A stretch of 23,171 nt of DNA from positions 1 to 23,171 of the forward strand of contig NW_021824595.1 in assembly GCF_006345805.1 (NCBI RefSeq), given 5' to 3'. The notes beneath the pieces were generated by a model. The model worked only from the letters and a program-made list of their open reading frames with translations, was not told the DNA's origin and made no database searches. The DNA is from Octopus sinensis. Taxonomy: Eukaryota. Shown here one piece after another: positions 10,456 to 19,199 of the stretch (position 1 is its first letter; every line of letters begins with the position of its first letter). The translations under genes were made by a program, and so were the position numbers.

Positions 10456-10748
10456 CAAGAATTGATACCTACCTCATTGTGTTCAACCATTGATAAATTT
10501 ATCGCCTGTGAATATGAAATTCCTCTTCATTTCTCTGGAACTTACATCTACACCATTGGAAATTGTGCATCTATACAAAGGATTAATTCACCCTCTCTGT
10601 AATGCTAATAAGCAGGAATTGAGACCCACCTCGTTGTGATTAACAATGGATAAATTTGTCTTCTGTGAGTATGTAATCCCTCATCATATCTCTGGAAATT
10701 CATATGTGCTCTATGGATTAGGTCACCTTCTCTGTGATGCTATTAGAA
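10456..10748 (+). repeat. Diverged tandem duplication (157 + ~136 nt) upstream of the right pseudo-LTR
   Basis: CAAGAATTGATACCTACCTCATTGTG.. (10456) aligns with CAGGAATTGAGACCCACCTCGTTGTG.. (10613) through to TCACC.TCTCTGT.ATGCTA. Confidence 0.85.
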
Positions 10749-10751
10749 CTT

Positions 10752-11013
10752 TTTTAAAATTCTGTGATAAGACTGTACATCATCTTTAAAGAACTTTAAT
10801 GAACTTTGGAAATCTGTTTATGTTACTTAATTATCTACATTACTTCATGAGTATAGCCTCAACCACTAGGATGTCTAGAGAACTCACATGTATTTTAGCT
10901 GATGAGTACGGGACACGTTTATATGCTGTAATTTTTACAACTTTTAATAAAGCCTGTCCTTGTATGAAACGATTGTACTAAAAACCTATCCATTCTTGTT
11001 GCTTCTTTCTCGC
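10752..11013 (+). repeat. Right (3') pseudo-LTR arm
   Basis: Reverse complement of 6764-6995. Confidence 0.95.
10893..10983 (+). ncRNA. Type I hammerhead ribozyme (right pseudo-LTR, sense to the ORF)
   Basis: Stem I TTTTAG 10893-10898 / CTAAAA 10978-10983; CTGATGA 10899-10905; stem II 10906-10915 / 10955-10965; GAAA 10966-10969; GTA 10975-10977. Confidence 0.85.
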
Positions 11014-11130
11014 TTATAATCACCCCCCATTACTGTATTGTTAAAACAGTATAGTTTTTTTTTGGTGCATCTAAGTTAGGTACCATATTCAAGTAAATTC
11101 ATTTAAATTAACTTGAATCTTATTGCTTTT

Positions 11131-11203
<73 letters not shown>

Positions 11204-11242
11204 AATATATGTGTATATATAATATATATTATATATGTAATA

Positions 11243-11830
11243 TTTGGTTGGTTGGCATCCTTTCTGTCTGGGAGACATGGAGTTGCGCATGAAGTAGTCT
11301 AGTGCGGCTTTTATATATTCATGTCCTAATACATTTCCTGCTGTGGCTGTGTAGTCCTATCCTGGACAAACACTCCCTCTGGCAGGTACCGCAAATGTAG
11401 CGAAGACTGTTCCTGGCGGTTGTTAGTGCCATAGTCACTTGTTTACTTCTCTTCCTTTCTTTCCATTTCTCCTCTCTCTCTCTCTCTCTCTGTCACTCCT
11501 TTGTATTCCCTCTTTTACGGTACGTCGCCATTCTCCACAGTTGCCGGCAAACTGCCTCCCAACCGCTAATATTGATGTTGCAGGCCTTCATGTCCCTTTG
11601 CAAACATCCTTGTAACGTAAGATCGGTCTACCCAGACCTAGTACCCCTAGCAAGCTCTCCGTAGAGTATGTCCTTGGGATTCTGCCATCTTCATACGGCT
11701 AACATGCCCAAGCCATCTCATAAGCTTTGTGTGAGGAGTGCAAACATGCTTGGTATTCCTGCTTGCCTGAGGACATCTTTGTTGGAGAGGACATTCAGTG
11801 CTGCTGTAAAAAAGCTGCAGAAACAACACG
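11243..11830 (-). mobile_element. RTE-clade LINE 3' fragment
   Basis: Frameshifted - strand translation RWLGHVSRM.DGRIPKDILYGELARG..GRPILRYKDVCK.DMKACNI..W, then the C-terminal zinc knuckle YICGTCQRECLSRIGLHSHSRKC (11331-11399) and a (CCAA)n-like end. Confidence 0.85.
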
Positions 11831-12282
11831 GAGAACAGTCAGAGTGATAAGTCCATTCAGATTGGCGTAAATATGGGCGCTACGGGTTACCTCTGACGGT
11901 GGGAGGACCTCCGTGTCCTATTGGTTCTACGGCCCACCTCAAGCTGGGCAGCCCCCAGTTAATAAGGTGCTGACCCGCCACAAGCCGCCTGCTTGGTGCT
12001 AAGAGTATGACTCGAAAAGCGGCCTGCAACCTCTGCACCAGGCAAGCATATGTAAATATATATTTTATATATATGTATATATACATTATATATGTGTGTA
12101 TATGTGTATAATGGAGAAATAAACATATCGCATGTTTATATGAAAATATATTTATAAGTTTGTGTTATAATTATTGTTATAATTATATTATATAATTATA
12201 ATGATACGAACTACTGCGTTAATCATCCCTTATAAACACATCTAATACGTATGTACCCATGAGTATGTTTGTACGGAAATAT

Positions 12283-12336
<54 letters not shown>

Positions 12337-12478
12337 CTCATGTATATGCAGTTTCATTCTTACATGCCTAAAATAACTTTGAGATATATTGATTTCATAA
12401 ATTACAATATTACCCCCCTTATAACTTTCTCATACCTCTGTTTATATTTTATCTAATACATGAATAATATAATGCATC

Positions 12479-12509
<31 letters not shown>

Positions 12510-12657
12510 CAATTCGTTTGCATATACATGCAAATATGCATGTATATTTAAGTGTAGGTGTATTTATTTATGTATATATATGTATATGTATATATATGTA
12601 AAAGTATGTATATATGTGTGTGTATTTATATTTATAACTCAACCGTATGTAGTTTGT

Positions 12658-12787
12658 AAAATCTCTGACGAAGCCTAGAGAAACACCCAAGTACCTCAAT
12701 TTCATCTACTAATTACTTCAGTCCACTGGAAAGATAAAGGTACAATGAGGTATTTTTACCTCTTGGCTGAAACAGCTGTAAGATATT
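12658..12787 (+). ncRNA. Type I hammerhead ribozyme with a long structured stem II and palindromic stem III
   Basis: AAAATCT / AGATATT stem I; CTGACGA 12665-12671; AGCCTAGAG / CTCTTGGCT stem II; GAAA 12769-12772; ACAGCTGT palindrome; GTA 12778-12780. Confidence 0.8.
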
Positions 12788-13009
12788 CTCCCAATTTCTA
12801 TTGCTGTATGTTATATATTTTAATAATTACTGGTATCTTTATATATTTTATATATTATACACGTAAAGCATATGTTATACATGTATGTATATTATAATTA
12901 TCATTTTAGTAAATAAATAAATAAATTGACATAATATGTCTAAAAGTTGATGAATACTACCTATTGATCCCCTCCATTTACTTATTGCTCTATACATACA
13001 AATATATAA

Positions 13010-13049
<40 letters not shown>

Positions 13050-13067
13050 GATATATATATATATATA

Positions 13068-13457
13068 GGGCAGGAGTGGCTGTGTGGTTCCGGGTTCAGT
13101 CCCACTTGGGCAAGTGTCTTCTACTATAGCCTCGGGCCGACCAAAGCCTTGTGAGTGGATTTGGTAGACGGAAACTGAGAGAAGCCCGTCGTATATATAT
13201 ATATATATATATATAGATATATATATATATAATGTGTGCGTGTATGTTTGTGTGTCTGTGTTTGTCCCCTTAGCATTACTTGACAACCGATGTTGGTGTG
13301 TTTATATCCCCGTCACATAGCGGTTCGGCAAAAAGAGACCGATAGAATAAGTACTGGGCTTACAAAGAATAAGTCCCGGTGTCGAGTTGCTCGATTAAAG
13401 GCGGTGCTCCAGCATGGCCGCAGTCAAATGACTGAAACAAGTAAAAGAGTAAAAGAG
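13068..13457 (+). mobile_element. SINE family A with two small head deletions
   Basis: Aligns with 1986-2540 and 21246-21697. Confidence 0.9.
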
Positions 13458-13470
13458 AGAGAGAGAGAGG

Positions 13471-13502
<32 letters not shown>

Positions 13503-13994
13503 TATACACCACACACACATACAAAAATGACAGAGAGAGGGCGAGAGAGAGAGAGAAAGAGGGAGATAGCAGTTATATGATTATCAAATAACCATGTTTG
13601 TAAACACAAAATGTATGCCAGTAAATTTTATCGTTTGACATCATTAAATACTGCGTAGATTTTATTTTTTTTAGATGACGGACTACATTTCAGTTCAGGT
13701 GCTGGCGCACTGATTTCTTTGAAGAGTGTCAATTGGTGAAATATTATCATGGAGTAACAAGGAAGAAGCCTTTGTGATCCACAAAGCTAATTGTACCTGT
13801 TCTATTCACGAAGTGCATTTGGCTCACGCCGCACAGGTGAGCTTTGTACACAGACAGCGAGATAGTTCAGCGTTGAATGATTTATAAAGCGTTTGTGTAG
13901 GAAAGTCGAGTTAACGTCGTATGCACACCCACCCATATGTATGCATGTACTTGTATAGATATATGGATACATAGACGGATAGATTGTGTGTACA

Positions 13995-14032
13995 CACACA
14001 CACACACACCGTATATATATATATATATATAT

Positions 14033-14079
<47 letters not shown>

Positions 14080-14161
14080 ATACATATCTATATATAATAA
14101 TATCTTATAGATATAATATATATATATATTATATATATACATATATTATATATATATAGAT

Positions 14162-14203
<42 letters not shown>

Positions 14204-14221
14204 CTATATTATATATATATT

Positions 14222-14261
<40 letters not shown>

Positions 14262-14317
14262 CTATATATATATATATATATATATATAGTAAGTTATATA
14301 TATATATATATATATAT
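13995..14317. repeat. (CA)n/(TA)n microsatellite field
   Basis: Read directly. Confidence 0.95.
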
Positions 14318-14590
14318 GGGGAGCGGGGACTCGTGGTTAGGGCAGCGGACTCGCGGTCGTAGGATCGCGGTTTCGATTCCCAGACCGGGCGTTGTGAGTG
14401 TTTATTGAGCGAAAACACCTGAGGCTCCGGCAGGGAGTGGTGGCGGCAATCCCTACTGTACTCTTTCTTCTGTTGGCCTGCTCGCTTAACCAGCAGGGTG
14501 GCGTCATTTGAAGGCTAAAACAATGCGAAGCGCATTGTGACCAGCGATGTGTAGTAACATCTGATAGCCTGGTCGGTCACGGTGATCACG

Positions 14591-14594
<4 letters not shown>
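14318..14594 (+). mobile_element. tRNA-derived SINE family C
   Basis: A-box-like TCGTGGTTAGG, B box GGTTTCGATTCC, (TCACGGTGA)2 tail; flanked by (TA)n. Confidence 0.85.
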
Positions 14595-14633
<39 letters not shown>

Positions 14634-14863
14634 AAAGTCACTATGAGTAATATTTGATGCATGTGTATTTACATGTGTGTGTGTGTGTACAGCAAGTATG
14701 TGTGTGTATTCTTTTACCTGTTTTACCTGTAATTGTAGGAATATTTGAAATGGTCAAAAAAGGAATTGAAAATTATTTGTGAATGATCCCTGGCTTACCA
14801 TTCTTGCAAGAAATGCAAAGCATTGTTTTCACTTGTGCTTCACACACATTGAGAAGAGCAATT

Positions 14864-15078
14864 TACTCTTTTACTCTTTTACTTGTTTCAGTCATTTGAA
14901 TGCGGCCATGCTGGAGCACCGCCTTTAGTCGAGCAACTCGACACGGGACTTATTCTTTTGTAAGCCCAGTACTTATTCTATCGTCTCTTTTGCCGAACCG
15001 CTAAGTGACGGGGACGTAACACACCAGCATCGGTTGTCAAGCAATGCTGGGGGGGGGGACAAACACAGACACACAAAC

Positions 15079-15113
<35 letters not shown>

Positions 15114-15275
15114 CATATATATGACAGGCTTCTTTCAGTTTCCGTCTACCAAATCCACTCTCAAGGCATTGGTCGGCCCGAGGCTATAGCAGAAGACATT
15201 TGCCCAAGATGCCACGCAGTGGGACTGAACCCGGAACCATGTGGTTGGTTAGCAAGCTACTTACTACACAGCCAC
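14864..15275 (-). mobile_element. SINE family A, near full length
   Basis: Reverse complement of the family A consensus, including the (GAGTAAAA)n tail and the internal microsatellite. Confidence 0.9.
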
Positions 15276-15289
15276 GTGAGACCGATTAC

Positions 15290-15960
15290 TTACCCTATTT
15301 TTTAATATTTTCTTTTTTTCATCCAAGATGGCATTCCAATCCCGGATCTTTTCACTTTGACCGGCAGATTTTTAAAATAATTTCTTTGTAACTAAACACT
15401 TTTAAACTTCGTATACTGGTAGAATGTGTTACATAAAACATCTTTTTCTCTTGGCCTTCTTGAGAAAATTCTGTAGTTTGTAAGCTATTTGTTGTTTAAT
15501 TTCTTGCATTTCAGCAATTTCAACCAATCAATGACGTCTATTGAAGTGAATTCAATTTCTGCCGTAGTGTGTCAACAACAATCCCTCATTAAACATATTC
15601 TACCAGTATACGAAGTTTAAAAGTGTTTAGTTACAAAAAAATTAATTTAAAAATCTGCCGGTCAAAGTGAAAAGATCCCCAATCCCTCATTAGCACTAAA
15701 GGTTGAGACGTTCCCAGGAAAACCTCCACACATCTAAAGAAATCTGGCTGTCCTGCTCCTGAAGGCACCTCCGTCGTTACTGGTCACATCCATGACCACC
15801 AACGTACCTTCGGAGTCCACCACGGCAGTTCTTATCTTCAGATCCAGACATCACCGGAACGACACTGCTGTTCCACACCTCCATTTCCAGTTGACATGGC
15901 GATAAACAAATGTCTTTATTAACCACTAAAGGTTCATAAACGCAATGCGAACGGTAACAT
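15290..15960 (-). mobile_element. L1/Tx1-like LINE AP-endonuclease relic, interrupted by a MITE
   Basis: Frameshifted - strand translation EPLVVNKDICLSPC..GTAVSFR.CLDLKIRTAVVDSEGTLVVMDVTSNDGGAFR..FFRCVEVFLGTSQPLVLMRDW[MITE]NAILD; xDWN is the AP-endonuclease GDFN-type motif. Confidence 0.65.
15344..15678. mobile_element. MITE with ~87-bp TIRs and an 8-bp TSD (Merlin-like)
   Basis: GGATCTTTTCACTTTGACCGGCAGATTTT.. (15344-15430) is the near-perfect reverse complement of 15592-15678. TSD CCAATCCC at 15336-15343 and 15679-15686. 5'-GG termini with an 8-bp TSD fit Merlin; hAT is not excluded. Confidence 0.85.
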
Positions 15961-16551
15961 GAGAATACAATGTAGGGCGTGCAAAAATAAAACAGTAATA
16001 ACAATGTTAGCGTATAAACTTGGACAGATGGTGATTGTCTACAATCATCACAGTATTGTTTATATGCATATTTTCAGTTCAGTTGATGACATATTCGTAT
16101 AGCCCTTTTGACTTACAGTGTTCTCCATTCAAATGGTTACCGAGTACATTGAATCGGAATTAGTAAAAATCCAACCTCTACTCCTATCGCTGACGCATAC
16201 ATACATGCTCTGTCGCCATAAGCAAGCAGACGACAGCCTCACACTCGTCTAGGTGCACGTACACTAAGATATCAAACTCGTTTTCTGTCCATGCTTTGCG
16301 ATTCTCATGACTTCTGACTCCAAAGTTTGCGAAAACAATTACTTCCCATGAAATAATTCTATGTTTCAGCAACTACATAAATAAGAGTGCAAAAGAGCAC
16401 ATGAAATCGCTAGAAATAAGGGCTAAAAGATATATATTTTTAGCTCTTATTTCTAGCAATTCCAGGTGCTATTTATGAATTTTGCCTTTTTGGTTTTCAA
16501 TTGCTTTACCCACCTATATTATAATGTATTTGATATATCATCATACATATA

Positions 16552-16962
16552 TTACCTCCGCCAAGGAAGTGGGGTTATGTTTTCATTGACGTTGGTTTGT
16601 CCGTCTGTCCCTCTGTCTGTCCGTCTGTCCCTCTGTCTGTGGGCAAAATAACTCAAAAAGTTGTGAATGGTATTTGATGAAACTTGCAGGAAAAAGTTGG
16701 TAATGACACAAGGAACAGATGATGAAATTTTGGTAGTGATCCGGGAATTTTTATAGATTCCTGAAGGATTTTTCATTTGTTATATTTACTTTATATGAAG
16801 TATTACAATGTTACATTCTTCGATTATCTCCCTTGAAAACACATTCATCGTTTCCACGTAACCTATGGTGGCGTTGCTGCTTCCAAAGTTCATTTTCGTT
16901 TCTCTATTAGTAATTTTATTCGCGTATCTATCTTAAAATGAGCTGCTTGGCGGAGGTCTGCG
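16552..16962 (+). mobile_element. HINE/DINE-1-like non-autonomous Helentron-type element, 3' end disrupted
   Basis: Sub-terminal inverted repeat ACCTCCGCCAAG (16554-16565) / CTTGGCGGAGGT (16946-16957), internal (GTCC/GTCT)n microsatellite, T-rich start. Confidence 0.65.
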
Positions 16963-17440
16963 GAGGATGACATGACAAGCCTTGACTATTGGGATCGACT
17001 CAAAAAGCTCAGACTTTGCTCCCTGCACCGGCGCTGTGAGGTCTATATCATCTGTGTGATGTGGAAAATATTCCATCAACATTGCCCATCTTTAAAATTC
17101 ATCTGAGGCTTGCATGGCCATCCGTCACTACAGAATGTTCATGTCGTATCACAACACTATGACAGAACTATTTCACCTCAATTGGCCCTGCTCTCTTCAA
17201 CTCGTGCCAGACACACATAAAGAGGAAAGTGACTTCACGGCATTCAAACGATCCCTAGATGATTACCCCCAACAAATACCAGATAAACCACCCACATCCT
17301 GATATGTCTCTGAAACATAACCCTCTGCTTGAATGTGCTACGGTTCCCCAGAGCTGACTGTGTATCTCTTCCAAGTGGTGCTATTCAATTAGACATGGCC
17401 TGAGTCAACTTCGGCCGAAACCTATCTAAGTAATCTAATC
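16963..17440 (+). mobile_element. CR1/L2-like LINE 3' fragment
   Basis: LDYWDRLKKLRLCSLHRRCEVYIICVMWKIF..FKRSLDDY.QQIPDKP; 3' stem-loop GGCC..GGCC (17397-17416) followed by short CTAA-containing repeats. Confidence 0.8.
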
Positions 17441-17692
17441 TATGCTGTAATCTTTTAATCAAAGCATGACAACGTGGGTAGAGGCTGATATCTTAACATT
17501 TCTGATGATCTTAGGTATAAAAAAAAATTACTAAAGATTTATATAGAATTACATTCAGAGTATGTCTATAAGCTGTTGTGTTCAGACCTGGTTTCTATCC
17601 CCAAACTGTTCCGTTTTGTAGATGCAATTTTTTTCTAATAAAGCATTCCGAAATTTAAAAATCATATGGCTGTTTTTTTTTTTTAGGGTTTT

Positions 17693-17824
17693 TTACCCCC
17701 ACCAAGGAGGTTATGTTTTTTGCCGGCGTTGGTTTGGGAAATTGGGCGATTTTCAGCATGCGTGTATATGAGTGAAAATGAGCTGCTTGGCGGAGGTCTG
17801 CGCTCTCCGAGTGCTTTTCTAGTT
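17693..17824 (+). mobile_element. Short, internally deleted HINE-like copy
   Basis: TTACCCCCACCAAGGAGGTTATG start; AAAATGAGCTGCTTGGCGGAGGTCTGCG identical to the copy ending at 16962; ends GAGTGCTTTTCTAGTT. Confidence 0.65.
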
Positions 17825-17847
17825 TACTATTATAATATCTCATTGCA

Positions 17848-18101
17848 TTTATTTCGTATGAATTGTATTTCGCCCAGTGTTCTTTCGTCACACTTCTGCG
17901 ACCTCATCAGTGGTCCTTTGCTTTCTTCTTTCTTTTTATTTTTTTGTCTCTCGTTACTAACAATCTGTCATTTTATATCAAAATGGCAGGTCGTCAGCAA
18001 GGAGAGACACATAAAAGAAAGAAGAAAGCAAAGAACCACTGATAAGGTCACGGAAGTGTGACGAAAGAACACTGGGCGAAATACAATCAATATGAAATAA
18101 A
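17848..18101. repeat. ~250-bp imperfect palindrome (fold-back) with an HHR-like core in each arm
   Basis: Arms 17848-17974 and 17980-18101 are reverse complements around the loop ATATC. Confidence 0.9.
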
Positions 18102-18335
18102 GCTGAAGCAAGTGAACACCAAATATATAGTGCGTGTGTTTTCATTGGCTATATCGGCAACATGACCGTCCCCAAATACAACAATATGTGTGTGTGTGTG
18201 TGTGTGTGTGTATGATTGTATGTATATGTTTACCATAATTTCTTCGGTTCAAATTAAGGCCAGTTAAAGAGCATCAATTAGATTTAATAAAGCGATAGAT
18301 ATAGAGAATAACAAGCTTCGTAAAAAATTAGTTAT

Positions 18336-18556
18336 CTATTTCTTTATTGCCCACAAGGGGCTAAACACAGAGGGGACAAACAAGGACAGACATAGGTATT
18401 AAGTCGATCACATCGACCCCAGTGCGTAACTGGTACTTAATTTATCGACCCCGAAAGGATGAAAGGCAAAGTCGACCTCGGCGGAATTTGAACTCAGAAC
18501 GTAACAGCAGACGAAATACCGCTAAGCATTTCGCCCGGCGTGCTAACGTTTCTGCT
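18336..18556 (-). mobile_element. SINE family B
   Basis: Reverse complement of 5781-6017, lacking the first ~13 nt. Confidence 0.9.
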
Positions 18557-19199
18557 TAGAAGAGGCCCATGAAAAGGGCATCGTGCGAGCGGCAAGAATG
18601 GCCCCCTTCGTCTATTTCTTAGATGCAATATAAAAAGGATGCCTTGTCCATGATAAGATGCGTACATTGGAATTTGAGGGTATGAAAACCGTTCGATGGT
18701 CCTGGGCAGCGGAATGGCAGCGTGACAACAAAATCAGAATTCTAACTATGAACGAGTGTGATGAACGAGTACTATCCAATTCAAATAGATCAGCTCTGTT
18801 TTCCTGCAATACTTTGCTGAAGACGTGTCAATAAGTGGTGAACTGGAGACGGGAGACTGCGATATGTACCTCCAGTGTAAAGGTACCAGCTTTTAATAGT
18901 TTTTGCTTCCGAGACGCAGGTCTAAACAGGCTTTTACAACATGCCTTGTGTTTCCAAGTAATCTCCGAGTTTTTGAGCACATGATCTGTTCAATCTGCAA
19001 ATCAGGATGCTTGTACAAGAAAAATCACGAGAAGAAAACCAGAAGAAAGATGCAAAAGTGGTAAGGTGAGTAAAAACGGAAATGAAAAAAAAGAAAATTA
19101 GAGTTATACCCCCTTGACGTAAGGCTATAACCAAGCTAGTTGTAGAATAATTCGCCAAAGAGTGTCCAAAGTCTGCGAGACAGCTACACAATTCGGAGA

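Larger units (their letters stand above)
6764..11131 (+). mobile_element. Penelope-like retroelement (Hydra-clade-like), 5'-truncated, with inverted pseudo-LTRs, inserted in (TA)n
   Basis: RT plus C-terminal GIY-YIG ORF relic 7010-9435, inverted repeat arms 6764-6995 and 10752-11013, an HHR in each arm, (TA)n on both sides. Confidence 0.9.

Noticed and set aside
11870-12050. GC-richer segment possibly from an RTE 5' UTR
   Set aside because: Only a vague resemblance; no motif I can support.
13675-13836. 162-nt exon candidate with a strong CAG|GTGAGC donor
   Set aside because: All three frames contain stops; it could only be a non-coding or terminal exon, and nothing supports that.
15694-15934. 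11-bp direct repeat CACTAAAGGTT resembling a TSD
   Set aside because: Both copies fall in-frame within the Tx1-like endonuclease relic (both encode PLV on the - strand), so it is probably coincidental.
16119-16252. ~44-codon open frame after a cttacAG acceptor
   Set aside because: No recognisable motif and no good donor; a frame this long is expected by chance.
17385-17440. ATTAGA..GGCC-loop-GGCC-GAAAC..GTA..TCTAAT, hammerhead-like
   Set aside because: There is no CUGANGA core; it is better explained as the LINE 3' stem-loop and tail.
17502-17550. CTGATGA followed by a weak hairpin
   Set aside because: No GAAA or NUH in register.
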